Positions 1-15,632 of a stretch of 64,000 nucleotides of DNA are shown piece by piece. The DNA is from the human T2T-CHM13v2.0 reference genome, Homo sapiens: NCBI RefSeq assembly GCF_009914755.1, contig NC_060931.1. One strand, written 5' to 3'. Made by a program: the position numbers and the translations under genes. The stretch's first letter is position 1. Each line of letters begins with the position of its first letter. The notes beneath the pieces were generated by a model, which had not been told where the DNA came from, ran no database searches, and saw only the letters and a list, made by a program, of their open reading frames with translations.

Positions 1-1150
1 ATATAGCAAGTATGATGTTTGTTATAGGGTTTTCATAGATGTGCTTTATTATGTTAAAGAAGTTCTCTTCCATTCCTATTTTGTTGAGTGTTTTTATCAT
101 CAAAGGGATTTTGTCAAATGCTTTTTTCATGCTTATTGAGATGATCATGTGTTTTTTGTCTTTTATTCTACTAATATGGTATATGTTGACATTGATTGAT
201 TTTCATATGTTAAACCAAGTTTGCATTCGTGGGATAAATCTCACTTGGTCATGGTGTGTAATTCTTTTCATATGCTTTTAGATCCTGTTTCCAAGTGTAT
301 TGTTAAGGATGTTTGCATCTATATCCATAAGGGATATCAGTAAATAGTTTTCTTGAGCAATGCTGGCTTCATAGAATGAGACAGGATTCCTTTTCTATTA
401 TTTGGAAAAGTTTGTAAAGGACTGGTGTCATTCCTTTCTATTAATGTATGTTTTGAAGTATTCAGTAATAAAGCTGTCTGGGCCTGGGATTTTCTTTGTG
501 GAAAATTTTATGATTACTAATTCTGTCTCTACTCTTTATAGGTTTATTCAGGCTTTCTATTTCTTTTTAAGTCAGTTTTAGTAGTTGTGTCTTTCTAGGA
601 ATTTGTCTATTTCATTTAGGTTACCTAATTTGTTGGCATACAGCTGTTAATAATATTCCCTTATAATTATTTTTTATTTCGGTAAGGTTGGTAGTGGTAT
701 CCTGTATTTCATTTCTTATTTTAGTAATTTGAGGTTTATCTCCTTTTTTTCTTGGTCAGTCTAGCTAAAAGTTTCATTTTTGTCAATCATTTCAAAGGAT
801 AAACATTTGGTTTTGTTGTCTTTTCTCTATTACTTCATTTATTTCTGTTTAATCTTTATTTCCTCCTTCTCCTAGCTGTTGGTTTAGTTTGATCTTCTTT
901 TCCTAGTTTCTTTTTTTATTTGTTTGTTTTTGAGATGGGATCTCACGTTGCCCAGGCTTGTCTTGAACTTCTGGGCTCAAGTGATCCTCTTGCCTCAGCC
1001 TGACAAGTAGCTTGGATTATAAACTATAGGTGCATACCACCACACTTGGCTCCATATTTTACTAGTTTCTTAGGTGGAACACTAGGTTATTAATTTAAGA
1101 TATTTCTTCTTTTATACTTTAGGTGATTAAAGCTATACATTTCTCTGTAA

Positions 1151-1570
<420 letters not shown>

Positions 1571-2354
1571 CCCTTTGTGAGTTCTTGATTCATTTGTTAT
1601 GTAAGAGTGTGTTGCTTAATTTCCACATATTTGTGAATTCCCCAAACTTCCTTTTATTGTTGATTTCTAACTTCACTCTACTCTTGTCAGAGAACACATA
1701 CTTTATTAGATTTTAATTCTTTTAAATTTATTGAGGCTTTAAAAGTGGCCCTGAATATGGTCTATTCTGAAGAATGTTCCAGATGCATTTGAGAAGAGTA
1801 TATATTCTTCTGTTCTTGACTGGAGTGTACTATAGATGTCTGTTGGTCTAGCTGATTTATGGTGTTGTTCAAGTCTGCTGTGTCCTTGGCTTTCTACCCA
1901 GTTGTTCTATCTATTACCAAAAGTGGGGTAGTGAAGTCCAAAGTATTATTTTTTGAATCGTCTATTTCTTTCTTCAATTATGTCAGTTTTTGCTTCATGT
2001 ATTTTGAAGCCGTGTAGTTAGGCGCATGCTTCTACATAATTGTAATATCTTCTTGATAGATTGACCATCATTATAAAATATCCTTCTTTTTCTTGTTGTT
2101 TCACATTCTATTGTCTGATATTAGTATAGCCACTCAACCTCTCTTTTAGATGCTTTTTTCCTGGTTTTCTTTTATCTCACTTTAAATTTATTTTGCTTTG
2201 AATCTAAAATGTGTCTCTAGTAGACAGCATATAGTTGAATGATGTTTTCCTATTCATTCTGCCAATCTCTACCTTTTGATTAGAGTGATAAGTCCATTTC
2301 CATCTAATGTAATTATCAATAAGATACGATGAAGATGATGATGATAATTTACTA

Positions 2355-2640
<286 letters not shown>

Positions 2641-5425
2641 CTCATCAGCAAAATAGGATTATGTCTGTCATTTTGCTATGTATTTTCTATATGTCTTATG
2701 TGCTTTTTATTCCTCTATTCCTCCATTACTGCCCACTTTTGTCTAAAGTAGATATTTTCTAGTGTACAATTTTAATTCACTTGTTACTTGTTTTTAAATA
2801 TATATTTCGAGTTTTCTTAGTGGTTGCCCTAGAAATTACAATTAACATAATACCCTAAAACAAGCTAGATACGATTAATAGCAGCTTAATTTCAATAGTG
2901 TTTAAAACGTTGCTCCAGTATAGCTCTCTTCCCACATCCATGTTTTGTGCTATTATTGTCATACAAATTATATCTTTATATAAGTCCCTCTGCCAGTTTT
3001 ATAATTGTTGCTTTATGTAGTAGTCTTTTAAATCAGATAGGAGAAAAGAAAGTTATAAAGAAAAATACATTTATATTTATATTCTTATATTTAGTGATAT
3101 AGTTTCCTTCTCCTGGTGTTTTTTATTTCTTTATGTGAATTCAAGTTTCTGAATAGTGACTTTATTTCTGTTTAAAGGACTCCCTTTAGTATCTCTTGTA
3201 GTAAACATTGTTAGCAACAATTTCACTCTGTTTTTGTGTATTTGGAAATGTCTTGATATTTATTTTATTTTTGAAGCTTTACTGGACATATAATTCTTGT
3301 TTGACAGTCTTTGTCTTTCAGCTCTTTAACATGTCAGCACTTTGAATTTGTTGTCCCACAACCTTCTGGCCTCCATGGTTTCTGATGAAAAGTCAGCTGT
3401 TAATCTCATTGTGGAACTTCTATATATAATGAGGTTCTTTTTCATGTTGCTTTCTAGATTCTCTCTTTGTCTTTGTCTTTGAACAGTTGGTTATGATGTG
3501 CCCAGATGTGGATTTCTTTAAGTTTATCCTACTTGGAGTTATTTCAGCTTCTTGGATGTGTAGCCTAACACTTATCATGACATCTGGGAGATTTTCAGCC
3601 ATTATTTCTTCAAATGTACATATTTTTTCCCTTTCTCTCTATCCTCTCCTTCTGGGAATCCCCCACTTTATGTATTTTGGTATGCTCAATGGCATCCCAC
3701 AGAGCTTTGAGGCTTTGTTATTTTTTTCTTTTAAAATAAGCTTTCGATAGTTTCAGATTTATAGAAAGGTGTAAAGCTAGTACAGAGAATTCCTATATAT
3801 CCCACACCCAATTTTTCCTGTTATTACTTTACATTAATGTGGTATATTTGTTATCATTAATGAATTGCTATTGATATATTATTCCAACTAAAGCCCATAT
3901 CTTACTCAGATTTCCTTAGTTTTCACCTAATGTCATTTTTCTGTTCCAAGATCTTATTTTGGATACCACATTATATTTAGTTATCATATCTCCTTAGACT
4001 CCTCTTGGCCATGACAATTTCTCAGACTTTCTTTGTTTTTCATGACCCTGACATTAAAAAAAATGTTTTTTAAATAACCAAATACTTGCAACAAATGACC
4101 TTGACATTTTTGAAGACTACTGGTCAGGTATTTTGTAGAATGTCCCTTAATTCGGATTTGTCTGATTGGACTAATGTTATACATTGAGGATGAAGACCAC
4201 AGCTCATCACATCATATCAAAAATACATAGTATCAACATGGCTTAACAGTGTTGATGCAGACCTTGTCAGGTTTCTCCACACTTTGGTAAAACTACTCCC
4301 CCCACCCCCACACTATACTTTGTTCATTTTTATTCATTTGGTTTTCCTTCTACTCCTCAGACTGGATGATCTCAATTTACCTATTTTCAAGTTCATTGAT
4401 GCTTTTTTCTGTCAGCTCAAATCTGCTATTGAGTCCTTCTAGTGAATTTTAAATGTCAGTTATTGTACTTCTCAACTCCAGAATTTTTATTGGGTTCTTT
4501 TTAAAGTAACTGCTGTCTCTTTGTCAATATTCTCTTTTTTTAAGTAATTGTGTGCACAGGTAATGAACTCCCTTTTTTGAAGTATAATTCAATAGCTTTA
4601 AACATATTTACAGATAAAATTTTAGAACATTTTCATCATCCCCCAAAGAAATTCCATACCCATTAGCAGTCATTCCTCATTTCTTCCCCACCCTGTCAGC
4701 CCCAGGCAATTACTAATCTATTCCCTTCCCTCTTCAGCCCCTGGCAAACACTAACTTACTTTCTGTCTGTATGGATTTGCCTATGCTAGACATTTCATAA
4801 AAATTGAATCATACAATATTTGGTCTTTTCTAACTGGCTTTGTTCACTAAGCATTATATATTTAAAGTTTACCCATGGTGTACCACATATCAATACTTCA
4901 TTCCCTTTTTTGTTGGTGACTAATATTCTATTTTAAGGATATACTATATTTTGCTAATCCATTCATCAGTTGATGGACATCTGGGTTATTTCTACCTTTG
5001 GGCTATTATAAATAATTCTGCTATGAACATTTGTGGGAAAGGTTTTATATAGACATACATCTTCAATACTTTTAGGTATATACCAGGAATAGAACTGCTG
5101 GGTAATATTGTACCTCTGTATTTAACATTTTAAGGAACTACCAGACTGTTTTCCAAAGCAGCAATACCATTTTACATTCTCATTTGTAATGCATGAGAGT
5201 TCCAACTTTTCTACAACCTCACCAGTCTTGTGTCTCATATTTTAAAAATTAGACCTGTCTTTTTATAAACTAAAACCATCCTATTGTGCATGAAGTGGCA
5301 TTGATTTGAATTTCCCTGATGGCTAAAGATGTTGAGCATCTTTTCATTTGTTTATTGTTCATCTGTATATCTTCTTTGAAGAAATGTGTATTCATACCCT
5401 TTTGCCTAGTTCTTAATTAGGCTGA

Positions 5426-5724
<299 letters not shown>

Positions 5725-6863
5725 TTAATTGGGCTATTTGTCTTCTTGTCATTGAGTTGTTAAGACTTCTTTTTGTAATTTTTTTTTTTTAAATTTTTGG
5801 TGTTTGGTTTGGGAGGTATTTTGTTGTTTTCTTATTTTTTATTTATTTTATTTTTTGAGATGGGGTTTCTCTATTTGCCCAGGCTGGTCTTGAACTCTCA
5901 GGCTCAAGCAATCCTCCTGCCTCAGCCTCCCAAGTAGCTGGAATTACAGGCATGTGCTACTGTGCCCAACTTGTAAGAGTTCTTTTTGTATTCTAGATGC
6001 AAGTAACTTATCATATATATGGATTTCACATATTTTCTTTCATTTTGTGGGTTATCTTTTTACTTTCTTGGTTGTGCTTTTTGAATCACAAAAGTTTTAA
6101 ATTTTGAAGCCAAATTTATCTATTTTTTCTTTGTTTGCTTGTGCTTATAGTATCCTATCTCTGAAACAAACCTAATCCAAAGTAATAAGGATCTATGCCT
6201 ACATTTTCTTGTAAGATTTTCATAGTTTTAGCTTTTGCATTAGGTTCTTGATCTATTTTTAGTTAATTTTTGTACATGACATTAGGTAGGGGCCGATCAT
6301 CATCATTCTTTAGCATGTGGATATCCACTGTCTCACAGCATTTGTTAAGAAACTATTCTTTTCCATTGAATTGTCCTATACCCTGGTTGAAAATCAATTG
6401 ACTGTCAATCTTAAGATTTATTTGTAGACCCCTAATTATATTGTTTGATGTATAATGTCAGTGCCACACTGTTTTGATTACTATAGTTTTGGAATATATT
6501 TTGAAGTCAGAAAATGTGAATCTTCCAACTTTGTCTCCTGAACCCTGCCCAAGATTGTTTTGACTATTCTGGGGCCCTTAAATTTCCATATGAATCTTAG
6601 GATCAGCTTCTCAATTTCTGAAAAGAATCCAGAGGGAATGGATGGGAATCACATTAGATCTATAGATCAATTTGGAGAGTATTGCCTTAACAATATTGTC
6701 TTTTGATCCAGGAACATGGGATGTCTTTCCATTTATTGAGGTCTTCTTTATTGTTTTTCAATCAACCGTTAATTCTTTAGACATATTTATAATAATTATT
6801 ATTATTTAATTATAATAATTATAATTTAAAGTCTTTGTCTATTAAGTCCAACTTCTCAGCATC

Positions 6864-7549
<686 letters not shown>

Positions 7550-7882
7550 GAATCCTCAGGGAAAGTTTTTGTTGTCTAATTTTTCATCCTGTGTATGAAG
7601 CATATTTTCTTGTTTCTTTTTCTGTCTTGTAACAATTTTTCGAAAACTGGACATTTAAAATTGCATAATGTGGAAACTCTGGAATAGGTTTTCCCTGATA
7701 TTCCCCTTCCACAGGGTTTGCATTGTTGGTGCTGTTTGTTATTGCTGTTGCTGCCATCATTCATTTTTAAAGGGCCTTTCCTGGTCTAATTCTGTATTTT
7801 GAAAAATTTGTGAATGGCCACCAAAGTCTCTGTTTAGTTAGCTTAGTGGTCAGCTAATGACTACAGAGATATCCTTAAATTC

Positions 7883-8197
<315 letters not shown>

Positions 8198-8864
8198 TAA
8201 ATTATTTGAGCCAATATGTCTCCCTGGTTTTGCTAAGAGTCTCTGTATGTGTGTTGGAGCATGCATCTGATGCTCTGGCAGTTTAAAATTCTGCCCCAGT
8301 CCTTACTGTGCTTGCACAGCCTCATGATCAACTAGGAATGAGAAACGAGGGCCTTCTCATGTATTTCCTAGCCATGTTCATAGCCTTGTACATGCACATG
8401 GCTTTCTAGATTTCCAATAATATGGTGGATCTTTTCAAAGCTCCCAATGACATATTATTCCCTAGATTTTTCTTTTAAGTTTCTCATCAGCCAACTGGTA
8501 TCACTGGCTCAGGCAATTGCAATGTTAAACAGTTGTCACTGATTATTTTCAACAAACAGGATAGGACTATTTTCACTGAGGCATTTCTGAGTCATATCAA
8601 ATGAAGAAAAGCCCTGAAAATAGTGCCTTTCTAAGGAGCTGCCAGACAGGTCAGATAGTCACAGTTCTTTGGGGATACAGGTTTTGGGGGAGCTCCAAAC
8701 CTATTCTGCCCCCTCTGGTAGCTGCTAGCCTGCTTATTTCCACAGTTCCCATGGTGGTGAAGTTGCTGGTTTTCAAGGCTATCACAGAGGTGGGGAGAGA
8801 AGAATGGAAATAGGGCAAGTAAAAATTTCATGAAGCTCATTATTCTTATGAGATTTGGCCATTT

Positions 8865-9164
<300 letters not shown>

Positions 9165-9284
9165 TCAGCCATTTTTCTTTAACAAATTGACTCATGATAT
9201 TGCAAACCTCTGGCAAATTCCTAGAGTTCTGAAGAAGTTTATGTGGACAATTTTGCTAGTGCTCTTCTTGCCTTCCATTCTTCA

Positions 9285-9709
9285 AGTATCAGTCCATTCT
9301 TGCATTGCTATAAGGAATACCTAAGATTGGGTAATGTATAAAGAAAAGAGGTTTAATTGGCATATGGTTCTGCAAGTTGTACAGGAAGCATGATGCTAGA
9401 ATCTGCTTGGCTTCTGAAAGGCTTCAGAAAACTTACTATGATGGCAGTACGCAAAGGAGGAGCGAGGCATCTCACACGGTGGGAACAGTAGAGAGAGAGA
9501 GGGAGGAGGTGCTACACACTTTTTAAACAACTAGATCTCGTCAAAGATCACTCGCCATCACAAGAACAGCACCAAGAGGATGGCGCTGAACCATTCATGA
9601 GAACCCTCTCCCATGATCCGATCACCTCCTACCAGGCCCCACCTCCAAAACTGTGGATTACATCTCCACACATGAGACCGGGTGGGAACACAAGCCCAAA
9701 TTGTATCCA
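9285..9709 (-). mobile_element. MST-type MaLR LTR
   Basis: gtatcagtccattcttgcattgctataaggaatacc...aagaaaagaggtttaattgg signature. Confidence 0.8.
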
Positions 9710-9768
9710 AATGCTTCCCTCATGACCTTTGTTTTTAAAATAATTTGTTTAATTATACATTTATATAA

Positions 9769-10027
<259 letters not shown>

Positions 10028-10255
10028 ATAACTTAAATTTTAACAATGGCTGTGTTGAACAACCAATGCGCATAATTCCTGAACATGTTAACAATTGGCT
10101 TTCATGAGTTGGCACCAGCAGCTCCAGGACCCCACCAACAGGCCTCCTGGGTGCCCCATTTGATCCAGCTGAGCTCTGTGAACCTTTAGAGTATCTGCTA
10201 GGTGCCAGAGCTCCAGAAGTGCTCATCCAATACTAAGCTGACTCCACATCCTTCA

Positions 10256-10689
<434 letters not shown>

Positions 10690-11206
10690 GAATGGCTGTA
10701 AAACACTGAAAGATATTGCTTCTAATCTTAGGTATTGATTTCCAAATTGTGCTAAAGGCTGTTTTCTGACTTCTGGGTGAAACTAAACAAAGCCAACAGG
10801 TTTTTGTTTGTTTAATAACATCTCTAACTGGAAGTCTTCAAGTATTGAGTAAAGGCATACACGGTGAGGTGGGTGGTGGGGCAAAGGCTGCCTTTAGACA
10901 TCATCTGGGGGATGTGCACTGTAACCCCTGTTCTGTGAAAGAGGAAAAGAAGTTTGTTTATTTGTTTGTTTGTTTTAACTTTTGGGCTTGCTCAAATAAT
11001 AGCAAAATCTACTTTGGGATTGTGGTCCAACGTGCTGTTGGAGTGCACTTTAGTTGTAAATAACCACTACCAGGATTATCAGGTAAGGCCTTCCTTAGGC
11101 CAGCACTACAGCAGGCAGTCACGAGCCTCCTTGCAGTACACAGTGTGGGTGTCCCTGGCTTCTCTGAACTCAAAGTGAGAAGCTTCCTGATAGAAGTAGA
11201 AGTATA

Positions 11207-11889
<683 letters not shown>

Positions 11890-12616
11890 AAGCCATGGAC
11901 TTTTAAATTCAATGTTTCTCGTTCCAGGTATTTGTCTCCTTAGATATTTATTGGCTTGCCTCAATCATCCAACAAATATTCCCTGGGCATCATCTGTGTG
12001 TCCAGTGCTGTGTTAACATCATCGACAGCTGGCATTTAGGATGGACATTTGGGGAGTTTGGAGAATTGGGGAGGTTACACTGTTGCCAGGTGGCAAAGTC
12101 TCATCTGATAAGATTGAAATCAGCTCCTCTCATGCACACACTGAACCATAGCGCCTCTCCAGAAAAGCTTAGCATTTTCCCAACCCCCATGCCTCTGACC
12201 ACTATATTACTTGTGTCTGGAGAGTGCTTTCTCTATCCTCTCTGCAGGACTGTGTTCTCACCTCACCTCTTGGTGGGGAGAAGGCCACCCCTGGGAGCTG
12301 CTCTGCCCTGGTACCTGGGACCAGGGCCATGCACCATTGCTTTAGAGAACACCTGCTCCGACCCAGGTCCTGCACCAGGGATTTCCCACCAGCTGAATCA
12401 GACACAGTTGCTGTCCTCAGGGAGCTTACAGTCACGGGTCAATAGGATACTGCAGCTAGGATAGCAGTCCACACAGGGCCAGGGCGGGGCACTAAGGAGA
12501 TGACAGTCATTTCTCCTAGAGAGTCATAGATGAAGTCATATGTCAGGTGAGTCTCGACAGATGAAAGGAAGAGTGTCTGCCAGGTGGACAAGAGGCAACA
12601 GCTTGAGCTCAGGAGG

Positions 12617-12623
12617 TGAGTCA
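12617..12623 (+). promoter_or_regulatory. Consensus AP-1/TRE site TGAGTCA upstream of the island
   Basis: Exact 7-mer ~270 bp upstream of the CpG island; occupancy not demonstrable from sequence. Confidence 0.5.
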
Positions 12624-12907
12624 GTGGGTGATGCCGAGAGAGGCATTCTCTTGATCAATTCAAGTGAAAAGCCCAAAGCTGTTTGATGGCTGAGAGGATG
12701 TGTAGGTCAACTTAAGGAGAAGAGCCTAAAACAGCTCTGACAAGTAAAAAAAAAAAAAAGGCAGAAGACAAGACAGGCCTATTTTTGCATGTTATAAAAC
12801 ACCGAGAAAAAAATATCAGGATGATTGTCATGGTCTTCTTTACATTTTCCTGTATTTTTCAATTTAAAATAATTGTTGGTGTTACCTGCTGCCCACGCAC
12901 TCCTCCG

Positions 12908-12921
12908 TCTGCAGGGGGCGC
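12908..12921 (+). promoter_or_regulatory. CTCF-like motif TCTGCAGGGGGCGC at the 5' edge of the CpG island
   Basis: Good match to the CCRSYAGRKGGCRS core. Confidence 0.5.
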
Positions 12922-13030
12922 ACCGGCCGCCACCGCTCACTCCTTCAGGATGATGGGCGGGGCCTCCTGGGCCGGTGTGGACTGACGAGTGGCTGGCCGC
13001 CCTGTCCATCACGACATCCCGCCCCCGCGC

Positions 13031-13046
13031 TACGTCACATGACGCA
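13031..13046. promoter_or_regulatory. Composite CRE half-sites plus E-box (TACGTCACATGACGCA)
   Basis: GTCACATGAC flanked by overlapping CGTCA and TGACG. Confidence 0.6.
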
Positions 13047-13052
13047 GCCCAT

Positions 13053-13061
13053 CATGGCGGC
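13053..13061 (+). promoter_or_regulatory. YY1-like motif CATGGCGGC
   Basis: Matches the ATGGCGG core in the typical TSS-proximal position. Confidence 0.5.
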
Positions 13062-13153
13062 GGGAGCGCGGCTTCCCAGGCCCGCCGCTCCGCAGGGCTG
13101 CTGGCGTTGCTGCTGTTGAGAGGCGGCGGCGGCGGCGCAGGCGGGCGGGAAGG

Positions 13154-13255
13154 ATGGTGTTTCTGCGACTGGAGCGGCAGGTGCGGACCGGGAGCCGGAC
13201 CGAGGTTTGGCAGAAGCAACGTGTGCTCGGGAGCAACCGGCGCGGGTGCCACTGA
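13154..13255 (+). other. Upstream ORF, 33 aa (MVFLRLERQVRTGSRTEVWQKQRVLGSNRRGCH)
   Basis: AGGATGG strong Kozak context; TGA at 13253-13255. Confidence 0.6.
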
Positions 13256-13349
13256 GGCAGCGGAGGGAGGCAGGATCGACTGACGGGCGAACGGACGGAC
13301 GGACGGAAGGCGACTCGAGGGCCGGCCCCGGAGCCGCGCCGTGGGCGAG

Positions 13350-13452
13350 ATGCCGGGGCCGCCGGCGTTGCGGCGGAGGCTGCTGCTGCTGCTGCTGGTC
13401 CTCCTGATCGCCGGCAGTGCTGGGGCCGCGCCACTTCCGCAAACAGGTGCAG
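13350..13452 (+). CDS. LMTK2: LMTK2 coding exon 1 (MPGPPALRRRLLLLLLVLLIAGSAGAAPLPQTGAG; signal-peptide-like/TM1 segment)
   Basis: ATG at 13350 in CpG island; translation matches the LMTK2 N-terminus as I recall it; donor CAG|GTGAGC after 13452; 103 nt, phase 1. Confidence 0.97.
13380..13397 (+). repeat. (CTG)6 coding repeat (poly-Leu of the N-terminal hydrophobic segment)
   Basis: Direct reading. Confidence 0.9.
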
Positions 13453-15027
13453 GTGAGCGGGCCCGCGGCGGGGACGGGGCTGCGGGGTCTTCGGCGTGGA
13501 GGGGAGGGGGCGGCAGGGCCGGGCCGGCCTCGGCGCCGAGGAATCGGAGGGCCTGCCGGGGGCGGGAAGCCCAGGGAGGCGAGTGATTAGGGAGATTTCT
13601 GCCGCAGGGGCGTGGGATTTGGGGGGGCGGGAGCGAGGCGACGTCGTTGGGGCTGGGGAGGGCGGCGGGCGAGGTAGCAGCCACCGACCCCTCCCGGGAT
13701 AGGCTGCGGTGCCGGCCCTGGACCTGTTGCCTTAAGATCCTCAGCTTATATCGCTTCCTGGCAGTTCAGCTTCCCTTTCCAGATGTCACCTGCCTCTTGT
13801 GCTTTTTTTTCGCATCTCATAAGAACCGTTTCTTAGCCCTAATCATACTTAAATGCAAATGACTTGGCGAGCTGTGCGGAGTTTGTTTTCGCTCCTTGCA
13901 ACTTATTCTGAAGTTGTAAATTGATTTTAGACGCTGTGCTTTTTATTCGGAATGTATCTCCGGGGATGAGAAGGAAACAACTATAAATATTTCTATTTTA
14001 GGAAGCCAGTGATTAGAGTAGCAGGCGTTGAATAACTATTGACAAACTGGCTTAAGGGTGATGGAAGTTTCTATTTTAGCTAACGTCAGTGTATGATTTT
14101 CTTTTCTCCCCCCCCGCCCATTTTCTCAACATCGTTTTTATTTGGGGTTTATTTTCCTAAATAAAACTTCAACCCAAGAAAACATCCCAAGTTGGGTCAT
14201 TTTTCTAAAAAGGAAAAAAAAATCTAGGCTAACTTGGCGTTATTGACTGCCGCCATTACCTTTGAAATGGGGAAAGATTGAAATTTCATACATTCATAGA
14301 ATGTTAGAGTTAGAAGAGACCTTAAAGAAAATTTAGACCAATTTCTTCTTTACGTAGTAGGAGATACTGGGCATGTTGGGTCAAATGACCTACCCAGGGT
14401 GACACAGCTTCGTTGTAGGCAGAGCCCCAAAGCCAGGTCTTAGATACCCCTAGTTGTATGATTTTTTTTAAGTCTTGTAACTGTTTTGGAATACTCTCGA
14501 GGTCAAGAGTTATTTTGGAATAATGTTAATTGGGTACAGAATGTGGATGTACTGTCTCCAGTAAAGACATATTTTTCAAACAAATCTACGATGAAAGCTA
14601 CATGTAATTGCTTCCAGAGCTACATCAGGGTTTGTCATTGAGTGCCCTTTAGTTGAACGTTAAATGTCCTCATTGTACCGTATAATGTAGCACTAAATTT
14701 CTGTTACTGCCTTAGATCAAATACTTGTGAGGTGAATTCTGTTTTCTGATCCGATAGATAAGAAGAGTAAATGTTATCAGATGTGTATAGGCAACCCCGG
14801 AAAGAGTCACAGGAAATGCCTGGGAAATAATGAAAGATTATGTGGAAGGATGGTGATGTTGATATTTAAAGATATTGATATTGAAAGTTAGCACTAGTAT
14901 AGTGTAGTAGGTAAAGAGTATTTATATGATGGGGATTCAAGAAATTTCCAGATGACTTTACACTTAATTGGATTTTTATATATTTTGAAGTATCGATTCT
15001 TTATAGGAACCTATGTCTGCCTGCACA

Positions 15028-15329
15028 CTTTTTTTTTTTTTTTTTTTTGAGACGGAGTCTTGCTCTGTCACCCAGGCTGGAGTGCATCATCGGTGCGATA
15101 TCAGCTGACTGCAACCCCCCCCTTCCGAGTTCAAGCAGTTCTCTGCCTCAGCCTCCTGTGTAGCTGGGACTACAGGCCCCTGCCACCATGTCCGGCTAAT
15201 TTTTGTATTTTTAGTAGAGACGGGTTTCATCATCTTGGCCAGGCCGGTCTTGAACTCCTGACCTCGTGATTCACCCGCCTCAGCCTCCCAAAGTGCTGGG
15301 ATTACAGGCGTGAGCCACCGCGCCTGGCC
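15028..15329 (-). mobile_element. AluS
   Basis: TSD cctgYacactt. Confidence 0.92.
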
Positions 15330-15632
15330 ACCTGTACACTTCTTACACGGTTTTTATTCCATTCTTTTACAATTTTATGGTGTCATGAATTATAAAATGA
15401 ATTTTGTTGGGGTGTTGTAGAACAAAGCAATCAGAAAAGTTAATCTGTAAATAGAGATATCAAATCTTGACATACATATAGCATAAGGAAATATTTGGTA
15501 ATTTGTAGCAACTTTTGCTACAAATTTTCCTTTCATATTCTGATCTTTGTAGGATAGGTGTATATGTTTTGACGTGTTGCATATGAATAATGGGTACCTA
15601 GGGTTAAAGTCTGTGGAAAAGACGCACAGTCA

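Larger units (their letters stand above)
12890..13720. promoter_or_regulatory. CpG island / TATA-less LMTK2 promoter, 5'UTR and start of intron 1
   Basis: Abrupt switch from AT-rich to very GC/CpG-rich sequence; GC boxes (GGGCGGGGC ~12956, CCGCCCC ~13019); no TATA seen. Confidence 0.93.

Noticed and set aside
6785-6830. AT-rich quasi-palindrome
   Set aside because: Short low-complexity AAT/ATT run, far smaller than unstable AT-rich palindromes
12975-13283. 102-aa GTG-start ORF in the LMTK2 frame with an LLALLLL stretch
   Set aside because: Stops at 13281-13283 before the CDS, so it is not an N-terminal extension; no AUG; starts upstream of the likely TSS
13453-13586. ORF-track extension of exon 1 (ERARGGDG...)
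   Set aside because: Read-through past the strong CAG|GTGAGC donor into intron 1
13030-13684. Long antisense ORFs over the CpG island (134-210 aa, including poly-Q/poly-A runs)
   Set aside because: Expected from GC-rich, stop-poor sequence; low-complexity Pro/Ala/Arg; the poly-Q is the reverse of the (CTG)6 Leu tract
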